A stretch of DNA of 64,000 nucleotides from positions 1 to 64,000 of IMG/VR virus record IMGVR_UViG_3300020048_000074, one strand, 5' to 3'. A program made the translations under genes and the position numbers. The notes below the pieces were generated by a model. That model made no database searches, was not told the origin of the DNA, and was given only the letters and a program-made list of their open reading frames with translations. The DNA comes from an uncultured virus (IMG/VR IMGVR_UViG_3300020048_000074) (lineage: Duplodnaviria > Heunggongvirae > Uroviricota > Caudoviricetes). Positions 1 through 7,974 of the stretch are shown here, piece after piece (positions within the stretch are counted from its first letter, which is position 1; every line of letters starts with the position of its first letter).

Positions 1-55
1 CACGCCCTCGGGATGCTACAAGTTTTGTATTTTGGGGAGATAACGTGTTGGTAGG
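1..55 (-). repeat. 55-bp exact direct repeat of 3055-3109 (early promoter upstream and -35 part, cut by the window edge)
   Basis: cacgccctcgggatgctacaagttttgtattttggggagataacgtgttggtagg is identical at 1-55 and 3055-3109. Confidence 0.9.
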
Positions 56-81
56 TTGTTACTACACAACACGTCTATGGT

Positions 82-267
82 TTACCTCGAAACAGCCCAC
101 ACCGGATTGCCCTCGCTGTCACGCTCTTTAATCCGGTACGTCCAAATTCCAATCTGGGCCACTTTGTACTTAGTACCCATCGAGTCTTCAAGATCGGCCA
201 CCGCAGCTTTACGCTCGATGAGCTTTCCGGATCGGGTACGGACTTTGATCGTTTGCTGTTGAATCAT
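82..267 (-). CDS. small early hypothetical protein
   Basis: ORF 82..333; ATG at 267 follows GGAGGT SD; region upstream is a hairpin element. Confidence 0.65.
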   Translation of the reverse strand: MIQQQTIKVRTRSGKLIERKAAVADLEDSMGTKYKVAQIGIWTYRIKERDSEGNPVWAVSR

Positions 268-271
268 CGTT

Positions 272-332
272 ACCTCCATGGGATCGATATCCCGCAAGGG
301 ACTCTGTTTCCAAAGTCCCCCACGTGAGATCA
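272..332 (-). repeat. intergenic hairpin element copy 1
   Basis: TGA-long stem (gggacttt/agagtccc core)-small hairpin gggat/atccc-ATGGAGGT. Confidence 0.75.
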
Positions 333-641
333 AGCCTGCTGGCTCTCGTACAGCTTGACAAGCTTCTTGCTGGCTTCCTCCACCGGAGTAAACCCGCCGA
401 GCGTCAATCCGTATTCATCGAGCGACCAGTAAATCTCTTTACCGGCGATCGCGCTTTGATTCACGTCATGGGCGTCACCTATCACGCCACCGAAACATAA
501 ATCCAAAGCCCGAACAGTCGGAGCATTCTCGCATGGTACCAATTGCTCGATACCTGAAGCGTCCACCAAGATGAGAGCACCAAGCCCGCTTTGATACGTG
601 CCTCGAAACTCTTTGATCTTACCCTTGTTTATTTTTTCCAT
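330..641 (-). CDS. early hypothetical protein
   Basis: 103-aa ORF in tandem minus-strand array. Confidence 0.75.
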   Translation of the reverse strand: MEKINKGKIKEFRGTYQSGLGALILVDASGIEQLVPCENAPTVRALDLCFGGVIGDAHDVNQSAIAGKEIYWSLDEYGLTLGGFTPVEEASKKLVKLYESQQA

Positions 642-642
642 A

Positions 643-828
643 CTAAACCCCTTTCAATGCTTTCAGTGTTTCACCACCTCCGCATTCCTTGGTCCCTTTG
701 ACTTCGCAAGTCTCGCAAGCTGCAAGACCATTGAACTGCACAAGCCAACAATCACTTGTCAACTTGGATTGATCGATAACCTTCGTGTTGGTTATTTTTC
801 CATCACGACCCATCGTAGCGTACACCAT
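643..828 (-). CDS. small Cys-rich early protein
   Basis: 61 aa, C..CxxC..C, GGAGGT SD. Confidence 0.7.
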   Translation of the reverse strand: MVYATMGRDGKITNTKVIDQSKLTSDCWLVQFNGLAACETCEVKGTKECGGGETLKALKGV

Positions 829-829
829 A

Positions 830-893
830 AAACCTCCATCGGATTTACATCCGCGAAGGGCACCTCATTTGAAGTGCCTATCGTAGACGTTCA
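830..893 (-). repeat. intergenic hairpin element copy 2
   Basis: TGA-acgtct..ggcactt/aggtgcc..ggatgt; alternative hairpin cggat/atccg; ATGGAGGT. Confidence 0.75.
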
Positions 894-1325
894 GCTTGAG
901 GCGCGTTCAAAAACGCCTTCACCGTTACTGAATGTTCCAAGCCTTTTAAGAAGCCCGAATCCGTCTTCAACCAACTTAGCTCTAAGCTTCGTAAAGAAGT
1001 CCTCAGACCATTCGGTTGCAAACGCTTCCCAACATTCTTTCAAAGGTTCCCATGCATCATCATCCGCGTCTTCTTTCGGAACAATGGCAAGTGAGCAAAG
1101 TCCGCAATACTCGCTCAGCACTATTGATGCTATGCTGCATTTGCTTATTACCCTGCCCTCTCTCCCGATCCATTCATTATCCCCGGCAGCATCAAACCGA
1201 TTGTCAACCGATCCAATAACCGCGCATAGACTTGAAATGGTATCGTAAAAGAAATCCTCGTCATCGTCGTAACTGAAGTATAACACCGCAGCCGAATTGG
1301 AAGGTACATTTACGCTTCTACTCAT
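891..1325 (-). CDS. acidic early hypothetical protein
   Basis: 144-aa ORF, GGAGGT SD. Confidence 0.75.
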   Translation of the reverse strand: MSRSVNVPSNSAAVLYFSYDDDEDFFYDTISSLCAVIGSVDNRFDAAGDNEWIGREGRVISKCSIASIVLSEYCGLCSLAIVPKEDADDDAWEPLKECWEAFATEWSEDFFTKLRAKLVEDGFGLLKRLGTFSNGEGVFERASS

Positions 1326-1328
1326 ACT

Positions 1329-1394
1329 AAACCTCCACGGGGAAGTATCCCCCCTCTGCCCGCTCTTTCAAGTGGGCAGTAGGTGGCTACCTTA
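1329..1394 (-). repeat. intergenic hairpin element copy 3
   Basis: TAA-ggtagccacctactgccc..gggcagagggggatacttccccgtggaggt; close sequence homolog of copies 5 and 6. Confidence 0.85.
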
Positions 1395-1730
1395 TGATGC
1401 GGCAGAAAGCCGCAGCATCGCCTTGCGTATCTCATCTTTCGGTGGATACACATTTTCGGAAAGCGCCTTGAGATAAAGTTCATTGAACTTTTCGTTGGGC
1501 ACCCTGTCCGATCGATTACCCGGAAGCATGCCAAAATGCTTTCCAGTGGTCCTCGACCAAACATTCTCGCTGACTACATAACCGACCCCCGGTGCTCGAA
1601 ACGCGATAGGCGTTTGATACGAGAAATAAATGGTCATGTCACCAACCGTTATTTGCATCGTATGCGCACCGTAATTCTGGTTATCATAAGACCCGTAAGT
1701 CTTAACCTGTACATAATCACCGATGTTCAT
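1392..1730 (-). CDS. early hypothetical protein (FSYQTPIA..WSRTTGKH)
   Basis: ORF 1392..1742; ATG at 1730 after GGAGGT. Confidence 0.75.
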   Translation of the reverse strand: MNIGDYVQVKTYGSYDNQNYGAHTMQITVGDMTIYFSYQTPIAFRAPGVGYVVSENVWSRTTGKHFGMLPGNRSDRVPNEKFNELYLKALSENVYPPKDEIRKAMLRLSAAS

Positions 1731-1732
1731 AG

Positions 1733-1798
1733 AAACCTCCATTGGACTTTTCCGTCCATGGAGAGGGCCGGTTTCCCAGCCCCTACCATAGGCGCTCA
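1733..1798 (-). repeat. intergenic hairpin element copy 4
   Basis: TGA-cgcctatgg..ctgg-GAAA-ccgg..ccatggacg; alternative hairpin tggac/gtcca; ATGGAGGT. Confidence 0.75.
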
Positions 1799-2182
1799 GA
1801 TAAGCGGGATGTAGAGATTCGCATCCTTGGCAAACTGAGTGATTTTCGTGGCGGCATCGACCGCAGCTTTATTCCTGAGATCGTATGCCGCATCTTTATA
1901 GATGGACATGAACTCAATGAACGCCGCGATGGTTTGTGCTTGCAACGTCCGGTGGTCATGGGCCACCTTAATGAACATCGCCTGAGCTACCTCTTTTGGA
2001 TTACTGCCGTTCAAGGCATGCGACAAGGTTTCCATCGCTTCCCCGATGTGATCCCACCATTCCTTGTTGACGATCATCCTCTCGGCGTCAGCAAGCGTAG
2101 TTTCACCATTCGGCGTGAATGCGGCGTACCTGTCGATAGTCTCTTTGGCCTTTGCGCTTGCAAAGCTTTTGTTGTCTTCCAT
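1796..2182 (-). CDS. early hypothetical protein (helical)
   Basis: 128-aa ORF, GGAGGT SD. Confidence 0.75.
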   Translation of the reverse strand: MEDNKSFASAKAKETIDRYAAFTPNGETTLADAERMIVNKEWWDHIGEAMETLSHALNGSNPKEVAQAMFIKVAHDHRTLQAQTIAAFIEFMSIYKDAAYDLRNKAAVDAATKITQFAKDANLYIPLI

Positions 2183-2185
2183 ACA

Positions 2186-2250
2186 AACCTCCGTGGGAAA
2201 GTATTCCCCCTCCGGGCACTCCTTAAAATGCCCGGTAGGTGAATGCTTTA
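2186..2250 (-). repeat. intergenic hairpin element copy 5
   Basis: TAA-agcattcacctaccgggcatt..agtgcccggagggggaatactttcccacggaggt. Confidence 0.85.
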
Positions 2251-2619
2251 GCGGTGAGTAAAGACCCCGATCTTTACCTGAAACTGTCCAGCTTCGACAA
2301 TCGCGTAGCCGTACTTGCCGGAATCGTTTACGAGTTTCATAAACGCATCCACGGTAAGAGCCGGTTCCCTCGGGCTTCCGAATCCGGAAGAATCCACGAA
2401 GTACGCTCCGTAGCCAAGGTTGTCATCCTCGTAAACGCCCTGCATCGGCAGGCCCGCTTCCTTGATGTTTACCCGCTTCCAGCCCCGGGGACATCGTTCA
2501 CCGATGCTCGGGATTTTAAACTCTGCTTTCAGCTGAGGGATAAACGGCACGTCTCCGCGCTTTCTGCTGTCCTTAGCTGCCTGCTCGTTTAACTGCTTGA
2601 GTGCTTGTAAGCTGTACAT
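2248..2619 (-). CDS. early hypothetical protein
   Basis: ORF 2248..2631; ATG at 2619 after GGAGGT. Confidence 0.75.
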   Translation of the reverse strand: MYSLQALKQLNEQAAKDSRKRGDVPFIPQLKAEFKIPSIGERCPRGWKRVNIKEAGLPMQGVYEDDNLGYGAYFVDSSGFGSPREPALTVDAFMKLVNDSGKYGYAIVEAGQFQVKIGVFTHR

Positions 2620-2620
2620 A

Positions 2621-2687
2621 AAAACCTCCATGGGGAAGTGTCCCCCCTCTGCTCACTCTTTCAAATGAGCAGTAGGTGGATACCTTA
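2621..2687 (-). repeat. intergenic hairpin element copy 6
   Basis: TAA-ggtatccacctactgctcatt..agtgagcagaggggggacacttccccatggaggt. Confidence 0.85.
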
Positions 2688-2858
2688 ATCGACCGCAGTG
2701 TGAACCACCTGCTTACCGTTTAACTCGGCAAGCATCACGACCACCTCGTAGCTCTTCTTGGCCTTGAACTGCTTGGCAGCTTCAAGCTGCGCATGGTAGC
2801 TGGTATCGCTTTTTACTTCGATCCGCTTTCCACGATACATGCAAATATAACCGTTCAT
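2685..2858 (-). CDS. small early hypothetical protein (first gene of early operon)
   Basis: ATG at 2858 after GGAGGT. Confidence 0.7.
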   Translation of the reverse strand: MNGYICMYRGKRIEVKSDTSYHAQLEAAKQFKAKKSYEVVVMLAELNGKQVVHTAVD

Positions 2859-2877
2859 ACAAACCTCCAAATGCCTT

Positions 2878-2940
2878 TCTGGGTTTCGTCGTAATTCTCA
2901 ACGACTCAATCAGGGAACCTCTTTCGTGTTCCGACCCAAA
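2878..2940 (-). ncRNA. type III hammerhead ribozyme (one extra nt in core)
   Basis: UUUGGGUC / GGAAC-loop-GUUCC / CUGAUUGA / GUCGU-loop-ACGAC / GAAA / CCCAGA; three stems and GUC triplet present. Confidence 0.8.
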
Positions 2941-3047
2941 CCGTGTTACCGGTTTCTCTTTGGTCTGGTGTGGTGGACTACCGTTCCCGGCCTGCCTCAC
3001 TCTCGTCCCCACCGAGGCCGCGCTTTCTCTCGCTCCCCTACAACTTA

Positions 3048-3075
3048 ATTATACCACGCCCTCGGGATGCTACAA
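3048..3075 (-). promoter_or_regulatory. sigma70-type early promoter with extended -10
   Basis: TTGTAG-16 nt-TATAAT preceded by TG (TGgTATAAT); upstream part duplicated at 1-55. Confidence 0.8.
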
Positions 3076-3129
3076 GTTTTGTATTTTGGGGAGATAACGT
3101 GTTGGTAGGATGATTACTTTTGCGGGAAT

Positions 3130-3175
3130 AAAAAAATGCCGGTGCGGATGGAGGTAACCCATGATCGCACCGGCA
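3130..3175 (-). terminator. intrinsic terminator
   Basis: tgccggtgcg/cgcaccggca 10-bp stem followed by a T run on the minus strand. Confidence 0.75.
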
Positions 3176-3237
3176 AGCAGGCATGGCGCGAAGCGCACGC
3201 CCTTGAACTTAAAATATACAACAGCTTTGAAAGAATG

Positions 3238-3840
3238 TCAAACGTATACGATAAAATAATCCTTAACGTTTTGATCGTATTCCGCTTTCGACATGCGCCG
3301 GGCAAACCCTCCCTTGCCATCAGGGAATCGAGCACCCCACGAATCATGATATATGATTTCCTTGGTGTCTTCGTCGTAAGCAACCGCCGCGATGTAATGC
3401 CCGGGCTTAATAAGACAAAGCTGGACCGCCCTTCCTTCGACAAGCATGGTTACAATGGAATCGAAATTCTTGCCCCATTGGAATGCTGCCTTGGCGTTGA
3501 ATACCTCTTGCACCGCAACCGGATAATACTGAGGCACCCGGTTTTCTGGAATACTTTCATCCATAGCCCGGATAGCATTCAATTTTGTTTTATTGTTTGG
3601 ATCATTGAAATAATCCATCAATACCTCTTCAGACTGCGGGATAAAAACCCCGGGGCATTCAATGACGATATCGTACCCCAAAGCGTCAAGACAATTCACC
3701 GACGCCGATGGACCGCAAGATTCCAACCATCCTAGCTTGGTTTCCTTCAACGTAGCCTTTAGATACGCCTCGGTAGGATTATTCTCTTGGCTATGCAAGC
3801 GATCCCGATCATCCCAAAACTTTGCGCCTTTAATACCCAT
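3238..3840 (-). CDS. peptidase C39-like (papain-fold) protein, possible endolysin
   Basis: SCGP catalytic Cys, GHY His, YHDSWG Asp motif. Confidence 0.75.
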   Translation of the reverse strand: MGIKGAKFWDDRDRLHSQENNPTEAYLKATLKETKLGWLESCGPSASVNCLDALGYDIVIECPGVFIPQSEEVLMDYFNDPNNKTKLNAIRAMDESIPENRVPQYYPVAVQEVFNAKAAFQWGKNFDSIVTMLVEGRAVQLCLIKPGHYIAAVAYDEDTKEIIYHDSWGARFPDGKGGFARRMSKAEYDQNVKDYFIVYV

Positions 3841-3852
3841 GATGCTCTCCTT

Positions 3853-5877
3853 TTATTTCACGTACTGCCCACGTATTTTCGATTCGTGGTATCCCTGCCC
3901 TATGAGCACTTTCAATATGTCCTCTTCCGATTCAGTAACCGAACTTTTAACCAACGCTATATCAATATAACCTTGAGAAGTGTACATGAACGAAATAACA
4001 TCAGCCACCTTAACTACGTTCACCACAGGCTTAGGCGGGTTTATATTTACATGCTTATTGAACTGCTGGTTTAAAAATCCATCGGTGGTTACGTTCTGAA
4101 GACGCGCTATGTTTTCGCGCTCGGCATCGGATAGCCCCGGAGCCACTACATTCGCTTTATCGGCATACGAATCCATAGCTTTGGATTCCTGTTCAAAAAA
4201 GTCAAACAAACCATGGTCCGGCATAATCATCCCCGCTTGCATGCAATACGCTTCAGCTAAAAGAAAGTGATCCGGTCTACTTCCTTCTTTCCAAATAAAC
4301 CTTGATTTTTCCGGGCTGTCATCGTCGGCTTCAAGTATACGAGTTGACGCTTGCATGTGGGCGTAATACTCGCCGTCCTCTATCGTCTCTGCCTGCATCG
4401 GCAATATCATATTCTGAAGCTCGAACGCTTGACGCACATAATCAAGCATAGCGGTCCGGTCCATTCGCACTTCCCTTTTTTCTTTCAGCTTAACCAAAGA
4501 CGTGGCATCGCTTTGAAACCTGCTCGACCACACCATGGAAAACTCTTCCTTCAAATCCATTACCTTGTGGATTTCAGGCATGGCGTCAATTACGCAACAA
4601 GACGGCTTCCATTCACGCAACAACTCGGCCAGTTGATTAAACCCGGGAAGCGTCCACGCCCCGATCATCCGCAAAGACATCCCACCGTTTGGAGATCGCA
4701 CGCGCTCTCGAAGCACAGCATGCAAGTGTGATCCAACGTCAACGCCCATTATTCTAAGATGCTCATTACCTACCGTCTTAACCGGCCACTCATAAAGCCT
4801 TCGGCATGAGTCAAGCAAGCTTCGCGTTATTTTTGATCCTTTAGACGAGAAGGGTAATCCCAAATCAGAATTATAAAAAAGCTGCGTCTTTAAATCGTTG
4901 CCGACTGCTTTGGTCCACACCCGATACATTTCACGCAACGTGGTAAACTTGCTGAATACTTTTGAAACGCGGTAGCCTTTCCATTGTCTTCCAGAAAACT
5001 CGTGGACCCATTCACCCCATTGCAAACGATTCACAGGGCCGCCGCAATCATGGATCAAGTTTATTTCAACATTGGAAAGCGGATCGGTATCGGCAGAAAC
5101 ATCCCGAGGTATGAAACTGTTTGTCGAAGTCTCACGGACCACATGCTGCCAGAAATCAGGCACAAACCATTTATTGCAATGCGGGCATTTTATCTGCCAC
5201 TGCGCCCGACTGCTTTCAAGGTAGCGCTCATCGATTCCAAAACTCTCGGTGGTCGGGTTTCCAATCTCTCGCAGATATCTATACGGACTCGCGGTTAAGC
5301 GGTCCGGTATCATCAACAGGTTAGCTTGATTGCATCTATCCTTTTCATCCACGTAAGCAGAGTCTACCGGAATTTCAATAAACTCATCGGATACGTTTGA
5401 CCCCACATACGCCAACGTCCCCAAACCAAAATGCATTAAAGATGTTCGATGCACTTTTGTTTCTGCCTGCATTACAAACTTGCTGTATTGAGGTATCCGT
5501 TTATGCAGCTTGTATATGCGGTTATTTACAAACCGGTTTCTCAATTCGTATTTCGGCAAAATATACATTACCGTCAAACCCATCTCGCCTGCTTCGATAT
5601 GCGACATGATAATGAAAAGTTCCGAAAGTCCGCACTGCACACTTTTCTCCACTACCATGTTTGGATTGTCCACGATAGCCTTGTACAGCTCGACGAGGTA
5701 ATACAGGTCTTTGAACTGCATGCGCTGCAATCGGGTGTTCACGTGGTAGTTTCGCGCCCAGTACAAAGCGCGGCTACCCGACAACGAATCCTTTAGCCCC
5801 TGTTCCTTGGCAGCCTGCAAACGCTGAGAAGCGGTATACAGTTTGTTTAAGACTTCAGCGTCATTCAACCTCTGCAT
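3853..5877 (-). CDS. terL: terminase large subunit (lambda GpA-like)
   Basis: EKSVQCGLSE Walker A variant, YVDE Walker B, GNPT, CPHC Zn knuckle, GVDVG nuclease, C-terminal DH. Confidence 0.9.
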   Translation of the reverse strand: MQRLNDAEVLNKLYTASQRLQAAKEQGLKDSLSGSRALYWARNYHVNTRLQRMQFKDLYYLVELYKAIVDNPNMVVEKSVQCGLSELFIIMSHIEAGEMGLTVMYILPKYELRNRFVNNRIYKLHKRIPQYSKFVMQAETKVHRTSLMHFGLGTLAYVGSNVSDEFIEIPVDSAYVDEKDRCNQANLLMIPDRLTASPYRYLREIGNPTTESFGIDERYLESSRAQWQIKCPHCNKWFVPDFWQHVVRETSTNSFIPRDVSADTDPLSNVEINLIHDCGGPVNRLQWGEWVHEFSGRQWKGYRVSKVFSKFTTLREMYRVWTKAVGNDLKTQLFYNSDLGLPFSSKGSKITRSLLDSCRRLYEWPVKTVGNEHLRIMGVDVGSHLHAVLRERVRSPNGGMSLRMIGAWTLPGFNQLAELLREWKPSCCVIDAMPEIHKVMDLKEEFSMVWSSRFQSDATSLVKLKEKREVRMDRTAMLDYVRQAFELQNMILPMQAETIEDGEYYAHMQASTRILEADDDSPEKSRFIWKEGSRPDHFLLAEAYCMQAGMIMPDHGLFDFFEQESKAMDSYADKANVVAPGLSDAERENIARLQNVTTDGFLNQQFNKHVNINPPKPVVNVVKVADVISFMYTSQGYIDIALVKSSVTESEEDILKVLIGQGYHESKIRGQYVK

Positions 5878-6571
5878 CAGGTTCCTCAGTACCTAGAACT
5901 TGATACAGTATCTCAAGCTCTTCGATATCGGCTTTCATGGCAGCAAGTTGTTTAGGTGTTACATCGCGCTCGGCTTTGGCATAGGGATTTCCGTTTGAAG
6001 CATACGGACTTTCGGCAGGTATTTGTTGTTGGCCGTACCCGAGGTTTATATTCAACACTCCCTTGGCCCGGTCCCCTGCCCCTTGTGGGTCATGCAATAT
6101 CTGATAAACAAACTTAGCCATGCTTACGATAGGCCCGATGGTATCCGCAGTCACCTTATGGGAAAGAATGCTATTGATAGTTTTGTAGACGTTTCGCTGC
6201 ATGGTCAAATGCTGAGCCAAATTAAACATGCGCTGCTCATACCTGCAAACCGATATGTATGCGCGGACGCCCTCATGGGCCAACCATTTTTTTATGGTGT
6301 CAGGATCAACGTTATAAACATTCGCCCAAGCTTTTACGGGCATGTACTCCGTAGCGTACCTAAAAGAAAAATCACGCATCCTCTCGGGTATGAACGGAAG
6401 GTCTTCAAGCCTTGGAATATTATCGACGCTTATAAACCGGCTTAGCCCAACTTCGACCGGCGCACGCACAATAGCAGTGGGTTTATTCGGATCGATATCA
6501 AACGATCGAGTCCCAACCAAATAGGAACGAACGCGGTTGCGCACCGCGTCCATGTTTGGCTTAGTCTGCAT
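5861..6571 (-). CDS. putative terminase small subunit / HTH protein
   Basis: directly upstream of terL; HTH-like VKAWANVYNVDPDTIKKWL. Confidence 0.5.
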   Translation of the reverse strand: MQTKPNMDAVRNRVRSYLVGTRSFDIDPNKPTAIVRAPVEVGLSRFISVDNIPRLEDLPFIPERMRDFSFRYATEYMPVKAWANVYNVDPDTIKKWLAHEGVRAYISVCRYEQRMFNLAQHLTMQRNVYKTINSILSHKVTADTIGPIVSMAKFVYQILHDPQGAGDRAKGVLNINLGYGQQQIPAESPYASNGNPYAKAERDVTPKQLAAMKADIEELEILYQVLGTEEPDAEVE

Positions 6572-6950
6572 ACTCGACGACCCTTAATATTTTCATTATG
6601 AGTTCTACCTGCTCAGCGTCTAAAACCACGATCGACCGTTTATCGTCTATGGTTATTTCCAAGCTCGACTTGGTATACATATTGCCCGCCGTGTCAACAA
6701 GCAGCTCAGGTGTTTTCCACGCCGTCTCCGGTGACTGGATCATCGGGACCGGGGATGTCATCACCATCAACTCTCCCGAAAGCGAGAACGTCTTCGCGGA
6801 TTTCTTCTCCGGCGTCTTCGTAATACTCGCTGACTTCTCGCTCGAACTTTTCTTCAATTGCCGAGCTTCGGCTTTTTTTTCTGCTATGCTCGGCGCTGAC
6901 AGAGTATTCTTTGAGGGTAACTTCTCTGATTGTTTCGCCTTCGTTGCCAT
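6561..6950 (-). CDS. hypothetical protein
   Basis: GGAGG SD before ATG; basic N-terminus. Confidence 0.6.
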   Translation of the reverse strand: MATKAKQSEKLPSKNTLSAPSIAEKKAEARQLKKSSSEKSASITKTPEKKSAKTFSLSGELMVMTSPVPMIQSPETAWKTPELLVDTAGNMYTKSSLEITIDDKRSIVVLDAEQVELIMKILRVVEYAD

Positions 6951-7188
6951 TGTTTATCCTCCAAAGAAGCCATCGCTTCATCTTTAAAATTTTAAGACTA
7001 AACACTGACCGATAAGGGCAGTCATTAAAAAGATTCACGTACTCAGCGTCACGTATCCCAACAACGTCTATGCCCCGGCGTAAGGGTCCGCTTGAAAACT
7101 CAGCCATGGCTAGGCATTTCGGAGTGGACTTACCACCCAAATAAAATACTTTGGCGCAACCTAAACAATACACCTTTTTGATTTTCAT
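6706..7188 (-). CDS. Cys-rich hypothetical protein
   Basis: ATG at 7188 after GGGGTG; CxxC..C..C; overlaps the next ORF by 245 nt. Confidence 0.5.
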   Translation of the reverse strand: MKIKKVYCLGCAKVFYLGGKSTPKCLAMAEFSSGPLRRGIDVVGIRDAEYVNLFNDCPYRSVFSLKILKMKRWLLWRINNGNEGETIREVTLKEYSVSAEHSRKKSRSSAIEEKFEREVSEYYEDAGEEIREDVLAFGRVDGDDIPGPDDPVTGDGVENT

Positions 7189-7973
7189 ATCACCCCCGAG
7201 GTATGTAGTCCCAAACAATCGATATACCGTTCAGCTACCACCGATCCTTTGGCATATCCGATAACAACCTCAGCGTTGCTATGCAATATCCTAAGCTGGT
7301 CGCGGCACATCTCGTAACCCATCCACGTAGTCATTCCCAGATCAAAGCGCCGTTCAGGGCAAGCCCCGGGAATGTGTTGCTGCACACCTATGGATGGATT
7401 AAACATGACGGTATAAATTGAATACACAAAGCACGTAGAGCATATAGCTATTTCAAACTTACTGAATATGAATGACGAATACAGCGATCGATACGCGGAG
7501 ATTTCTGCTGGGTTATAAAACCCGTACAGCCAGTGCGTCTTGGTAGTATCAAACTTTAGCTTACGAATTAAAGCGGCAATAAACTGAATGCGTGAATACT
7601 CATTGTCCCCACAGCTTATAGCGATGACACCAACACGCGGGTCCTTTGCAGCTTCAACATATTCGCTGCACCACCCCCAGTCAAACAAATCCGCACTAAG
7701 AGTCTCATCCCTCGGCTGTATAACCACTCCAAGAAGCTCTTTCCCTTTTGAATGCAACGTGTTAAACGAAGCCATACCAAAAGCAAAAGAGCGTGATCCT
7801 GAAAGTTCAGCTACGCCTCCAAAATGGTATACTGATTCCCCACGGGATATCATGGTTTCCATCACAGGCCGACACCCGGGAGATTCGTCCAATACCGAAT
7901 CGAACGTCGAGTGCCCTGAAGAAATGTCCGATCTCGGTAGCGTAGAAATGCTTACTGGGAATGATACTCGCAT
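7185..7973 (-). CDS. hypothetical protein (weak TGT/TIM-barrel-like resemblance)
   Basis: 262-aa ORF in operon; THWLYG resembles the HLLG strand of TGT-like proteins. Confidence 0.45.
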   Translation of the reverse strand: MRVSFPVSISTLPRSDISSGHSTFDSVLDESPGCRPVMETMISRGESVYHFGGVAELSGSRSFAFGMASFNTLHSKGKELLGVVIQPRDETLSADLFDWGWCSEYVEAAKDPRVGVIAISCGDNEYSRIQFIAALIRKLKFDTTKTHWLYGFYNPAEISAYRSLYSSFIFSKFEIAICSTCFVYSIYTVMFNPSIGVQQHIPGACPERRFDLGMTTWMGYEMCRDQLRILHSNAEVVIGYAKGSVVAERYIDCLGLHTSGVI

Positions 7974-7974
7974 A

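Noticed and set aside
598..1248. 216-aa plus-strand ORF across early genes
   Set aside because: Ser-rich shadow of three minus-strand genes that have good SDs.
272..2687. Early intergenic repeats as a CRISPR array or integron attC sites
   Set aside because: Repeats are not identical, the spacers are whole genes, no GTTRRRY cores are evident, and no cas or integrase gene is in the window.
2782..3012. 76-aa minus-strand ORF across the early leader
   Set aside because: No good SD, overlaps the first early gene out of frame, and the region is better explained by the ribozyme.
3136..3735. 199-aa plus-strand ORF near a GGAGGT sequence
   Set aside because: Antisense to the C39 peptidase; the SD-like sequence is in a terminator loop and its ATG is in another, short frame.
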